Shown: positions 8,488 through 18,303, counted from the stretch's first letter. The stretch is DNA of 42,616 nt from Chlamydiota bacterium (GCA_038534095.1 JBCAXK010000009.1:1-42616); one strand, 5' to 3'. Notes: generated from the letters alone by a model not told the origin. Numbers and translations: made by a program.

Positions 8488-9589
8488 ATGTCTGAAATGC
8501 CTCAGGAAATGGAACATCTAAAAGCGCGTCTTACAGAAATGTGGAGGTATCTTTGACCTGGCTAAAAAGAAGGCTCTTACTGAACAACTAGAAAAGCAAA
8601 TGGAAGCGGCTGATTTTTGGCAGGATCCAGAAAAAGCGCAAAAAGTCGTTTCTGAAGTGAAAGAACTCAAAAGCTGGCTTGTTCCCTATCAAAAATTTCA
8701 AGAACAGTTGGAAGAGATCTCCACCCTTTTCCCCGAGGCAAAAGCTCTTAGTGATCAAGGAGATCCAGAGATCTTAGAAGAGCTTACCAAGCAAGCGTCC
8801 AAGATCAAAACAGGGGTGGAGGCGTTAGAAATTCGGAAGATGCTTTCGGGAGAATTGGATAAAAACGATACCTACCTAGCGATCAACGCAGGAGCCGGAG
8901 GCACAGAAAGCTGTGACTGGGTGTCGATGCTTGCCCGCATGTATACGAGGTGGGCAGAGAGGAGGGGCTGGAGCGTAGAAAAAATTGATTTCGTGCAAGG
9001 CGATGTGACCGGATTCAAAAGCATTACCTTCCGATTTTCTGGACTCGACGCTTACGGATACGCGAAGTCGGAGAAGGGAGTGCATCGCTTAGTCCGGATT
9101 TCGCCGTTTGATAGTAATGCAAAAAGGCATACTAGTTTTGCTTCTGTCGACGTTTCTCCTGTGATTGAAGATGATATTGCGGTGGAGATCCTTCCCGAGG
9201 AAATCCGGATCGATACGTACAGAGCGTCTGGAGCTGGAGGGCAACATGTCAACAAAACCGATTCTGCGGTAAGAATTACCCATCTGCCTAGCCAGATTAC
9301 GGTGTCTTGCCAAAATGAAAGAAGTCAGCTCCAAAATAAAGAAACCTGTTTCAAAATGCTGCGAGCAAAGCTTTATGAAAAAGAAGTGGAAGAACGGGAA
9401 GAGAAATTGCGTGAGATGCAAGGGGAAAAAAAAGAAATCTCTTGGGGATCCCAAGTACGTAACTATGTTTTTCAACCCTATACCATGGTCAAAGATACGA
9501 GAACAAAAATCGAAAACGCCAATATCCAGTCGGTCATGGATGGGGACCTAGATCTCTTTGTGAACGGTTTTTTGAAGGAATTTGGATGA
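8488..9589 (+). CDS. prfB: Peptide chain release factor 2 (programmed +1 frameshift)
   Basis: A 22-codon ORF from ATG 8488 ends at CTT TGA C (8551-8557); the +1 frame continues DLAKKK... into the SPF and GGQ motifs. Confidence 0.97.
8543..8557 (+). promoter_or_regulatory. RF2 autoregulatory +1 frameshift site
   Basis: Internal SD GGAGGT followed by AT CTT TGA C, the canonical prfB signal. Confidence 0.95.
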
Positions 9590-9592
9590 AAT

Positions 9593-10108
9593 ATGTCCCA
9601 AGATAATAGCGCCCAAGATTTTGATATCCGATATTCAGACCCGAGTGATGCAGAGCTACTCCTTTCTGGTCTTGCCTGCCCCAAAAACCGGTTTCACTAC
9701 CCGATCACCGAAGAGGATGAGGTGGAATCTTTTGTCAAAAATTGGATCGGATTTTCAAAATTCAAGGCAAGCTTGACCGCAACTGTTGAGGAGAAAGCCG
9801 TTGGGGTTGGCACTCTTTATCTGATGCCCTACCGGAAAATTGCGCATCACGCCCTTTTCTATGTGTTTGTCGAAGACCTATTTCGAAGAAGGGGGATCGG
9901 ATCTTCTTTAGTAAAAAATCTTTTACATCTTGCCAAAACCCGCTTTGGTTTGCGCAGTTTACACTGCGAGGTGTTTGAGGGCTCGTCTCTTTTGTCCATC
10001 TTGGAGAAGCAACAGTTTCTTGAGTTTGCCTGCCAAGAGAGGTACATCAAAATAGACAGGCGCTATTATAACCGGCATCTATGGGAGCATTTCTTTGACA
10101 AGTCCTAA
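9593..10108 (+). CDS. GNAT-family N-acetyltransferase (paralog 1)
   Basis: Acetyl-CoA motif FRRRGIGSSL; KIAHHAL; typical position downstream of chlamydial prfB. Confidence 0.9.
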   Translation: MSQDNSAQDFDIRYSDPSDAELLLSGLACPKNRFHYPITEEDEVESFVKNWIGFSKFKASLTATVEEKAVGVGTLYLMPYRKIAHHALFYVFVEDLFRRRGIGSSLVKNLLHLAKTRFGLRSLHCEVFEGSSLLSILEKQQFLEFACQERYIKIDRRYYNRHLWEHFFDKS

Positions 10109-10616
10109 AGCATTACACAATCCTAAAAAAGCGCCTATTTCCCTTAGAGATGGTTGTTTGGAAGACAAAGAGCATCTGATTTCTTGGCTGAAAGAGCCAG
10201 ACGTTTTGAACTGGTATCCCATGTACAATGACGCAGAAATTCAAGATGCCGCCAATTACTGGATCAGTTTTGCTGAGAAAAAAGCACTTTTAGTGGCAGA
10301 GTATGAAGGGATCCCTTGCGGACTTGTCAATCTCTATCTACAATCGTCGAAAAAGTTGGCTCATCACGCTCTTCTCGCGATCATTGTATCTGAAAAACTG
10401 CGAGGAAAAGGGGTGGGTACAGCGCTTTTAGAAGGAATCAAACAACGGGCCAAAGAGACCTTTCGTATGGAGATGTTGCTTCTCGAAGTGTATGACAAAA
10501 ATCCGGCGATTCGCCTCTACGAGAGGTGCGGCTTTCGAAAATATGGCTTTCAAAAGCAGTTTATTCGGGAGCCCAATCAGTATGTGGGGAAGCATTTAAT
10601 GCAGCTCGATTTATGA
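10095..10616 (+). CDS. GNAT-family N-acetyltransferase (paralog 2)
   Basis: LRGKGVGTALL, NPAIRLYERCGF, KLAHHAL; TTG start overlaps paralog 1. Confidence 0.9.
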   Translation: MTSPKALHNPKKAPISLRDGCLEDKEHLISWLKEPDVLNWYPMYNDAEIQDAANYWISFAEKKALLVAEYEGIPCGLVNLYLQSSKKLAHHALLAIIVSEKLRGKGVGTALLEGIKQRAKETFRMEMLLLEVYDKNPAIRLYERCGFRKYGFQKQFIREPNQYVGKHLMQLDL

Positions 10617-11314
10617 AATGGATACGCCCATTGCCGATGACGAAAGAGGCTTTGGAGGCCTTTTTTTCTGCCAAGATGCGCTGCGAAGTGACTGTGGAAT
10701 TAACAAGTTATCAGGGCACGTTTATCCGATTTTCCATGACCTCCTCCAAGCAGGCTCGTTTATCTTTGCACCGGTTTTTTCTACGCGCCTCATCAGAAAT
10801 TTTAGAGCATGCTATTTTTTACCTTCGGGATAAAAAAAAGCGTTCATTGGGAATTCTGCGTCTATTTTTTGAACAGCCATTTTTTGCAAAATCTACGGCT
10901 ATGCTTCCTCAAAAGGTCGTCGGAGCTTGTTACGATCTTCGAGAGGTGTACCGGGACGTAGAAAATCGCTACCTTCCCTATCCTATTGATCCATTTCTTG
11001 GCTGGTTCACGCGCCCAAAAAAATCCCAACACTCGCTGACCTACGGGGCGTTTTCTCGGACAGATTGGCTCATCAAAATCAACGATCTGTTGGATCGAGA
11101 AACTGTTCCCCGCTATTTTTTGGAGTATGTGATCTATCATGAAGCGCTTCATGCGATCTGTCCTCCGCAGCTTAGCCGGGCAGGCAGAGTATTTGTACAT
11201 ACAAAGAAGTTCAAGCTGTGGGAAAAAAAATTTCCAAAACTCTCAGAAGCCTTAGCTTTTGAAAAAACCTTTTTTCTAAATTATCTTAGGGAGCAGTCGC
11301 ATGGCAGGACATAG
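10613..11314 (+). CDS. SprT/YgjP-like zinc metallopeptidase
   Basis: IKINDLLDRETVPRYFLEYVIYHEALH (HExxH) and HTKKF; ATGA overlap with the upstream stop. Confidence 0.8.
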   Translation: MKWIRPLPMTKEALEAFFSAKMRCEVTVELTSYQGTFIRFSMTSSKQARLSLHRFFLRASSEILEHAIFYLRDKKKRSLGILRLFFEQPFFAKSTAMLPQKVVGACYDLREVYRDVENRYLPYPIDPFLGWFTRPKKSQHSLTYGAFSRTDWLIKINDLLDRETVPRYFLEYVIYHEALHAICPPQLSRAGRVFVHTKKFKLWEKKFPKLSEALAFEKTFFLNYLREQSHGRT

Positions 11315-12014
11315 CAAATGGGCGAACATCAAACATCGCAAAGAACGGGCAGATCAAAAAAAGGGAAAGCTTTTTTCTCAGCTGACAAAAGAGCTGATCA
11401 CTGCGGTAAAAATGGGGGGCGCAGATGTAAAAACAAACGCTAAACTCCGCGCTATTCTAGAAAAGGCGAAAAAAGCGGGACTTTCTAAAGAAACCATCGA
11501 AAGAAACATCAAAAAAGCGTCGCAACTTGGAGGAGAAGGGTACGCCGAAGTGATCTACGAACTTTACGGCTATGGAGGCGTAGGGATTTTGGCGGTTGCT
11601 TTGACAGACAATAAAAACCGCACCGCCTCTTTGATGCGGATTGCAACGAATAAGAAAGGGGGCTCTATTGCGGCTCCTGGATCGGTCTCCTACAACTTTG
11701 ACCAGAAGGGAGTGATTCAAGTAGCAAAAGATCTGATGGAAGAAGATGCCCTTTTTTTGATGGCATCTGAAGCGGGCGCAGAAGATTTTGCTTCTGTGGA
11801 AGAGGGGTACATGATCATCACGCCTCCTCAGGATCTTTATGCGATGAAAGACCAGCTCGATGAGCTCCAGATTCCATCGGATGCAAGTTTAGAATTTATC
11901 CCAAAAGCAGTCGTCGCATGCAATGAAGAAGATGCTAAGCTCAATCATGAGTTAATCCAATTTTTGGAAGAAACAGAGGATGTCGATGTGGTGTATCATA
12001 ACATGGACCTTTGA
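11301..12014 (+). CDS. yebC: YebC/PmpR family protein
   Basis: MAGHSKWANIKHRK, YELYGYGGV, LTDNKNRT, DVDVVYHN. Confidence 0.97.
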   Translation: MAGHSKWANIKHRKERADQKKGKLFSQLTKELITAVKMGGADVKTNAKLRAILEKAKKAGLSKETIERNIKKASQLGGEGYAEVIYELYGYGGVGILAVALTDNKNRTASLMRIATNKKGGSIAAPGSVSYNFDQKGVIQVAKDLMEEDALFLMASEAGAEDFASVEEGYMIITPPQDLYAMKDQLDELQIPSDASLEFIPKAVVACNEEDAKLNHELIQFLEETEDVDVVYHNMDL

Positions 12015-12199
12015 GCGTTTGTTCCTTTAGCCTCTCTCTAGTACGCTTATGAAAGGCTTGATCGGATAGGTAGATTTCCTTACCTCTTTCCTCTAAATAG
12101 TGAACTGTTATTGCCTTCCTCTCATCAGATGACGCTGCAAGATCGAGCGTTTCATGCGTAGTTACTTTGCAAAACAGGCAGGGCTGATAGCCAAGTGCG

Positions 12200-12811
12200 T
12201 TATAGAAGAGAGTTCGCCTGAAGAAAAAATTCTCTAAGGCGAATGGCTGTGGTGATGAGGATGAGTCCTGTAAGAATCCAGGCCAGTACAAGAGCAAAGG
12301 AGGGGAAAAGCGCCATCATCATAAAAAACAGAAAAGCTTCCCCTCGTTCGATCAGTCCGGGGCTATAGTAGAAACTTTTCTTCGATTCGTTCTTGCTGAA
12401 AATTCCGACCACGAGAAATGAGGTGACACAAAGAAAACAGCTCCCTAAAAGAGCAAAAAAAGGGATGCCTCTATCTACCGGTTGCACCAAAAACAGGGCA
12501 AAAAGGATGAGAAATTCCACAACCCGATCGCAAAAAATATCGAGCACCGTTCCTAGCGGAGAACTTTGATTGGTCTTTCTAGCATGGGAGCCATCGAACA
12601 TATCGAAATAGCCTGATACTAGCAGCAAAAAGCAACCGAGGTAACTCCGCTCGAAGAAAATAGCGATTGCTGCTAGGATCCCAAAGAAAGCCCCGAGGAG
12701 CGTCAAGCTATTTGAAGAGTAGTTTTGGGTCCAAGACCTTTCTAAAAGAGGCTGGATGAACCGTTTTTCAAAAGAATCTCGCAAGTATCCCTCTATCATG
12801 GTTTTTTCCAC
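12200..12811 (-). CDS. CDP-alcohol phosphatidyltransferase family protein (YnjF-like)
   Basis: Signature DMFDGSHARKTNQSSPLGTVLDIFCDR; KSFYYSPGLIERGEA; several TM helices. Start could instead be the Met at 12796. Confidence 0.9.
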   Translation of the reverse strand: MEKTMIEGYLRDSFEKRFIQPLLERSWTQNYSSNSLTLLGAFFGILAAIAIFFERSYLGCFLLLVSGYFDMFDGSHARKTNQSSPLGTVLDIFCDRVVEFLILFALFLVQPVDRGIPFFALLGSCFLCVTSFLVVGIFSKNESKKSFYYSPGLIERGEAFLFFMMMALFPSFALVLAWILTGLILITTAIRLREFFLQANSLL

Positions 12812-13500
12812 CTCCGAATCATCACAGGAATAAGAGAAAGAACTCCTAACGACAATAGAGCAAGCTGCATATGAAAGCTAAAGATATTTTTTATCTGAAA
12901 AGGTTCTCCTGAGGAAAAAATGCTACTGAGTCCTCTTCCAGTCTGCGCGTAGGCAAAACTTCCTGGGATAATCCCTAAAAGGGTTGTGAGGAAAAAGGGG
13001 AAGAAAGCTACCTCCAACAGAGCAGGAGCGATATTGACAAGCCAAAATGGGAAGATGGGCATCAGTCGTAAAAAAAAGAGGTAGGAGGCGGGTCTTGCCT
13101 GCAACTCTTGTTGGATTTTGCGCAAACGGGTTCCAAGTAGCCGTTTTATACTGCGGCTAAGAGCGTATCTAACAACCAAAAAAAGCATGGAAGCGCCCCA
13201 GGTAGCGCCGATCACGACATAGATTGTGCAAAAAGGTTGGGGAAATAGTACCCCTCCAAGAAGAGTAAATGCGGATCCTACTGGGATGCAAAGGAAGGTA
13301 AAAAGTGCGTACAAACTTACATAAACGCAAGGAGCTAAAATAGGGTGGTTGCTTACAAACAGAGAGAGCGATGTGTGCCGCTTTTGTAGCTCAGAAAAAG
13401 AGAGGTAACTCGATCCGAAAAAATACAAGAGAGCGCTTGCAATCAAGAGCAACAGGATCGGGATGAGACGTTTCGAAATCAAGGGATGATCGTGTGACAT
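12796..13500 (-). CDS. TVP38/TMEM64 (DedA/VTT superfamily) membrane protein
   Basis: TLLGGVLF, GATWGASMLF, FLRLMPIFPFWLVNIAPA, TTLLGIIPGSFAY. Confidence 0.92.
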   Translation of the reverse strand: MSHDHPLISKRLIPILLLLIASALLYFFGSSYLSFSELQKRHTSLSLFVSNHPILAPCVYVSLYALFTFLCIPVGSAFTLLGGVLFPQPFCTIYVVIGATWGASMLFLVVRYALSRSIKRLLGTRLRKIQQELQARPASYLFFLRLMPIFPFWLVNIAPALLEVAFFPFFLTTLLGIIPGSFAYAQTGRGLSSIFSSGEPFQIKNIFSFHMQLALLSLGVLSLIPVMIRRWKKP

Positions 13501-13714
13501 GAAGCCGAACCTTAAGGGACTTTTGCGAGAGAAACGTCTCTAGTTACTAACCACAAATCGCAGTTTGATATGCAGCTTTCCTCTATTTTTTGCTTTGGCC
13601 CAGATATTTGTAAACTGTTATTACGAGAGAATATTCTAATGACAAAGAGACATATCGCTTAAGAAAAGGGAATCGTGCTCGCCAATAAAAGGCAAATACG
13701 TACAATGCACTCTA

Positions 13715-16345
13715 ATGGACCCTGAAAGAAAGCGACTACAAAAAAACCGGGAAAAAAAAGAGCACTGGAGAAAGTGGGGACCCTACTTGTCAGAAAGGCA
13801 GTGGGGAACTGTGCGCGAAGATTACAGTCCTTTTGGGACTGCTTGGCAGTATTTTCCGTTTGATCAATCTGCGATGCGCACATACCGTTGGGGAGAAGAT
13901 GGGATTGGGGGCTTTTCAGACAATCACCAAAGGCTCTGCTTCAGTTTTGTTTTTTGGAATACCCGTGATGACATTTTAAAAGAACGGCTCTACGGCCTTG
14001 CTGGTGAAGAGGGGAATCATGGAGAAGATGTCAAAGAGCTCTACTACTATCTCGATGGGACTCCCACCCACTCATACATGCGCTATCTCTACAAATATCC
14101 ACAAAATCCGTATCCCTACCAAGCCCTTTTGAAAAGGAATAAAAGGCGCTCACTGAAGGAAGATGAGTATGAACTCTTAGATACAGGCGTTTTCTCACAA
14201 AAAGAGTATTTTGATCTTTTCATTCGGTACGCAAAACAGGGGCCGGAAGATCTTTTTATCGAGCTACTCGCTAAGAACCGATCGGCTAAAGAGGCGCCTC
14301 TACATATTTTGCCCACTCTTTGGTTTCGCAATACCTGGTCTTGGACTGGAGCGGAAAAAACGGCGCGTATAGAGAACAAAGGGGGAATGTTTGTTATGGA
14401 GCATCCCACTCTTGGTCGTTACCATTTTTATGCTGAAAAAGAGGGGACTCCCCTTTTTACAGAGAATGAATCCAATACACAAAAGCTTTTCCAGATCCCC
14501 AACAAAACGCCTTATGTAAAAGATGCTTTTCACGAATACATCATTCATAGCAACAAAGAAGCTGTGAATCCAAAAGAAGAAGGCACCAAAGCAGCGATCC
14601 AGTATATTCGGGACATCCCGCCCAAAGGAGAGGTTCTCTTGCGTTTCCGTTTAACCAAAGAGCCGAAAAAAATGCCTTTTGCTCAAGCTTCGTCTATTTT
14701 TGTGCAAAGACAAGAAGAGATGGAAGCCTTTTTTCATCCTCTTGTTCCGAAATATCTTGATGGGGATACAAAAAACATCCTCCATCAAGCGTTTTCTTCT
14801 TTGCTATGGGCCAAGCAGTTTTACCACTACGTCGTAGAAACTTGGCTCGAAGGAGATGATAAAGAGCAGCCGCCCCCGTTCCTAAGAAAAAAGGGGCGCA
14901 ACTATGGCTGGGAGCATCTATTCAATGATGATATCCTCTCGATTCCCGATAAATGGGAGTATCCCTGGTTTGCTTCTTGGGATACCGCTTTTCAGATGAT
15001 ACCGTACGCGCTATTGGATTCAGAATTTGCAAAAAACCAGCTCATGCTTTTTACAAGGGAGTGGTATATGCATCCAAACGGACAAATCCCGGCTTATGAG
15101 TGGAACTTTTCTGATGTGAATCCTCCCGTCCACGCCTGGGCTGCTTGGCGAGTTTATAAGATTGAACAAAAATGGCATCAGGAGGAAGACCGCGTATTTT
15201 TAGCCTCGATTTTTCAAAAACTGCTTTTGAACTTCACCTGGTGGGTGAACAGGAAGGATAGCGAGGGGAAGAACGTTTTTCAGGGGGGATTTTTAGGATT
15301 AGATAATATCAGCATTTTTGATCGCTCCGAAGTTCTTCCTATGGGAGGCTCGTTATCCCAATCGGACGCGACTTCCTGGATGGCGATGTATTCCTTAAAT
15401 ATGCTCGTGATTGCGATGGAGCTTGCGCCGAAAGAGCCCAGTTACGAGGATATGGCAAGTAAATTTTTTGAGCATTTTCTCCACATCGCTGATGCGATGA
15501 ACTATGAGCAAAAAGAGGTGCCTCCCCTTTGGGATGAAAAGGATGGTTTTTTCTACGACGTGCTCCATCTTCCAAGTGGGGAACATCTTCCTATTCGCGT
15601 CCGCTCGATGGTAGGGATCATCCCCCTCTTTGCGGTAGCTACGATCGAAAAAGAAAAGATGGAAGCGTTGCACGGGTTTCAAAAACGTTTCGATTGGTTT
15701 TTATCGAATAAGAAAAGATTATGTAAAGAGGTTGCATCGATCAACACTCAGGGGAAGGAAGGTCGGTATCTTCTCTCTATTTTGAATCGAGAACGACTAG
15801 AAAAGGTACTAGAAAAAGTCTTGGATGAAAACGAGTTTTTAAGCCCTTATGGCATTCGATCGGTTTCCTATTTTCATAAGGACCATCCCTATACTTTAGA
15901 GCTTGATGGGGCGAAGTACTGTATGGACTATGAGCCTGGAGTTTCCCACACAAAACTGTTTGGAGGCAATTCAAATTGGAGAGGTCCCATTTGGTTCCCG
16001 TTGAATTTTTTGATCATTGAATCTTTGCAAAAATTTCACCACTACTACGGGGATGATCTCAAAGTAGCGTTCCCTACAGGATCAAGCAATAAGCTCACTC
16101 TTTGGGAAGTAGCTCGGGAAATTTCGAAACGTCTTGTTTCCCTTTTTCAAAAAGAAGGCCCCTCTTTTGAGAGGCCGATTTTTCGTCCCTATGAGCAGTT
16201 ACAAGAGGATCCCGATTTTCAAGACTACCTATTTTTTCACGAGTACTTTCATCCCGAAGAGGGTAGAGGACTAGGAGCTTCTCACCAAACAGGTTGGACG
16301 AGTATTGTGGCAAAGTTGATCGTCCAGTATGGAGAGTCGACGTAA
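13715..16345 (+). CDS. GH63-like (MGH1-like) glucosidase
   Basis: WGPYLSERQWGTVREDYS, YRWGEDG, GNHGEDVKE, PDKWEYPWFASWD, GGFLGLDNI, GGNSNWRGPIWFP, GLGASHQTGWT. Confidence 0.92.
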   Translation: MDPERKRLQKNREKKEHWRKWGPYLSERQWGTVREDYSPFGTAWQYFPFDQSAMRTYRWGEDGIGGFSDNHQRLCFSFVFWNTRDDILKERLYGLAGEEGNHGEDVKELYYYLDGTPTHSYMRYLYKYPQNPYPYQALLKRNKRRSLKEDEYELLDTGVFSQKEYFDLFIRYAKQGPEDLFIELLAKNRSAKEAPLHILPTLWFRNTWSWTGAEKTARIENKGGMFVMEHPTLGRYHFYAEKEGTPLFTENESNTQKLFQIPNKTPYVKDAFHEYIIHSNKEAVNPKEEGTKAAIQYIRDIPPKGEVLLRFRLTKEPKKMPFAQASSIFVQRQEEMEAFFHPLVPKYLDGDTKNILHQAFSSLLWAKQFYHYVVETWLEGDDKEQPPPFLRKKGRNYGWEHLFNDDILSIPDKWEYPWFASWDTAFQMIPYALLDSEFAKNQLMLFTREWYMHPNGQIPAYEWNFSDVNPPVHAWAAWRVYKIEQKWHQEEDRVFLASIFQKLLLNFTWWVNRKDSEGKNVFQGGFLGLDNISIFDRSEVLPMGGSLSQSDATSWMAMYSLNMLVIAMELAPKEPSYEDMASKFFEHFLHIADAMNYEQKEVPPLWDEKDGFFYDVLHLPSGEHLPIRVRSMVGIIPLFAVATIEKEKMEALHGFQKRFDWFLSNKKRLCKEVASINTQGKEGRYLLSILNRERLEKVLEKVLDENEFLSPYGIRSVSYFHKDHPYTLELDGAKYCMDYEPGVSHTKLFGGNSNWRGPIWFPLNFLIIESLQKFHHYYGDDLKVAFPTGSSNKLTLWEVAREISKRLVSLFQKEGPSFERPIFRPYEQLQEDPDFQDYLFFHEYFHPEEGRGLGASHQTGWTSIVAKLIVQYGEST

Positions 16346-16406
16346 GGTAAAAAAGACTTCTTTGGGATGTCTAGAGGAATATTGACCACTTCAAGAAGTT
16401 CGTGCT

Positions 16407-17366
16407 CTATTGCAGCATATTATAAATGCGGTCCAGGGCCGCTTCGAAGTTACGGTTTTGCTTTTCTTCATACGAAGCTTTGTTTTCTTTCGCTTGCTTT
16501 TGCAGCCTTTTCTCGAATGCTTCTAGTTCTTTAAGCACTTTTTGCGTATTTTCGATGTTCTTTTCTTCTTCTGCTTTCTCTCTTTGTTTTTTCTCTAGTT
16601 CTTCGGGGGCCGTTTTCGTATTCGGAATATCTTCAGAATTGAGCACAGGCAGTTTTTTAGCTAGAGATTGTACCTGAAATTGCAGATTCTCGAATGTACT
16701 AGATTTAGAAAGAACATTTGCAAAGAGTTCTGTAATAGGCGTCTTTTCAGCAAAAAAACGGTTGTAGTTTTTCGTAATCGCATTGTGCGTTTCAACGCGA
16801 GCTACACTTGTTTTATGCACATTCTCGGCACCCTTTTCCCCTAAAATATATGGGTAATTAAGACTAGCGCCCGGCGCAGTAAAAAGACAGCAGTCATTAC
16901 TTGTGTCATCAGGGCTTGTCTTTGTTATGCGAAAAACGCCACAATGCGAAAATTTGGTATCAAAAGTATATCGGATGAAATTGCATATTTTATGCGCAGT
17001 AGCTGGGAATGCCCCCGTCGTTTTGTCGGAGGGTTTTTCTCGAACAACGGGGTAAATGGCGTGCACAATCCGAAGAGCTAGCGGTTGTAAGACTTCGTAT
17101 TCATTCTTTTTTGTGGTTTCGTTTTTTTCCTTTTTTCGAGGTTTTGCAAATCTCCAAAGAGTCTGGATAGCGCGGTCGAAATCTAAGCGGTTACGTGCAT
17201 TTTTTAGATTGTCTTTGTAGTCCATCTGAGCAAGCTGGTCGTCGCTATGGCCCCAAGCCAGTGGGCTAGACTCTGCTATAGGAGAGTCTAGCTCTTGGCA
17301 TTCCCGGTAAACTTCAGCGTCGTCTCTTCGAGGAGGGGTTTGAGATAATGGTTGCATTCGATTCAT
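16407..17366 (-). CDS. Hypothetical protein with a C-terminal coiled coil
   Basis: 319-aa ORF with a Ser/Pro-rich N-terminus and E/K/Q-rich C-terminus; no recognisable family. Confidence 0.7.
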   Translation of the reverse strand: MNRMQPLSQTPPRRDDAEVYRECQELDSPIAESSPLAWGHSDDQLAQMDYKDNLKNARNRLDFDRAIQTLWRFAKPRKKEKNETTKKNEYEVLQPLALRIVHAIYPVVREKPSDKTTGAFPATAHKICNFIRYTFDTKFSHCGVFRITKTSPDDTSNDCCLFTAPGASLNYPYILGEKGAENVHKTSVARVETHNAITKNYNRFFAEKTPITELFANVLSKSSTFENLQFQVQSLAKKLPVLNSEDIPNTKTAPEELEKKQREKAEEEKNIENTQKVLKELEAFEKRLQKQAKENKASYEEKQNRNFEAALDRIYNMLQ

Positions 17367-17595
17367 ATACTACTTCCTTTCTATTTCGGGTGGATGATCA
17401 TCGGAACGCCCTGGAATGATCATGGTAAAACTTCTGCCTTTCAGCAGGGAATCTTTAAGAGTTTTTCGCGGAGCTACCAGCGAAGTCATTTTTTCTTTTG
17501 CGCATGAAACATCTACAGCAAATAAGTCGAGTGTATTGATCAATATGTATCCTAGGAAAATAGATCTGTTTTTGTATTGAGGCCTCTTCAAAAAT

Positions 17596-18303
17596 TCATA
17601 GATCCTTCGAGCGCTCTACAGAGATTCTATGTCTTTCATCGAGGGTAGTGGGGGTCTTTGCGATAGAGCTACTGTGTATTGCTTCCCAAATCATGGAGGA
17701 TGTTTTCATGGTCCAAGAATACTGCCAGAAACGAATATTCGAGGAAAAAAGATCTTGAATGCGCGCACGTTTCCCATCATGCACAATGAAGCGGCTTTCA
17801 GGTTTTTTGTCTTCAAAAGATTCTAAACAAAGAATATCAGATTCGCTATAGATACGAAAAGTGTCAATTTTTTTAGCAATTTGGAAAAGGGCTGTGCTTT
17901 CGAAGATAAAAAAAACTGCAGCGCAGCAGATACCCCAGATCATCGCTAAAGAGGCTAGGGAACAAGACACATTCGCAAAGATAACGATCGCACCATAAGT
18001 GAGAGGGATTCCAATGCCAAGGGGAAGAGCAAAAAGTAAATAATACTTTGAACAATTGGAGATTGTTGCGCTCACTATCTCAAGGTTCGATTCAACGGCA
18101 TCGATCTTGCGAGGTTTCTGCGGGCAACTGAGAGATCTAGGCGCTGTAACGGGATAAAAACGCTCTTGAAAAATAGCAGAAAAGATGTGAGGTACTTTCG
18201 TGCCTCGAAGGGGACTTTCAGTCTGAGACAGGTAATAAGTATTATTCCGTTGATCATAAATATGGCCAGGAGGGGATTGAAAAAAATGGGTAGTAGGTGC
18301 CAT
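17596..18303 (-). CDS. Hypothetical membrane protein with a bilobed hydrophobic domain (Inc-like)
   Basis: ~55-aa two-lobed hydrophobic stretch YYLLFALPLGIGIPLTYGAIVIFANVSCSLASLAMIWGICCAAVFFIF between soluble regions. Start uncertain (ATG 18303; frame open to 18426). Confidence 0.65.
   Translation of the reverse strand: MAPTTHFFQSPPGHIYDQRNNTYYLSQTESPLRGTKVPHIFSAIFQERFYPVTAPRSLSCPQKPRKIDAVESNLEIVSATISNCSKYYLLFALPLGIGIPLTYGAIVIFANVSCSLASLAMIWGICCAAVFFIFESTALFQIAKKIDTFRIYSESDILCLESFEDKKPESRFIVHDGKRARIQDLFSSNIRFWQYSWTMKTSSMIWEAIHSSSIAKTPTTLDERHRISVERSKDL

Noticed and set aside
10526..10612. Longer start for the SprT-like gene
   Set aside because: It overlaps GNAT paralog 2; the ATGA coupling at 10613 is more plausible.
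11941..12297. Minus-strand ORF with GYQPCLFCK (Ada-like Zn motif) and a sigma region-4-like stretch
   Set aside because: It overlaps two real genes, has no good start or RBS, and the similarities are too short to support.
17370..17591. 73-aa minus-strand ORF between the two orphans
   Set aside because: TTG start, no motif, and it occupies the likely promoter region of the 319-aa gene.
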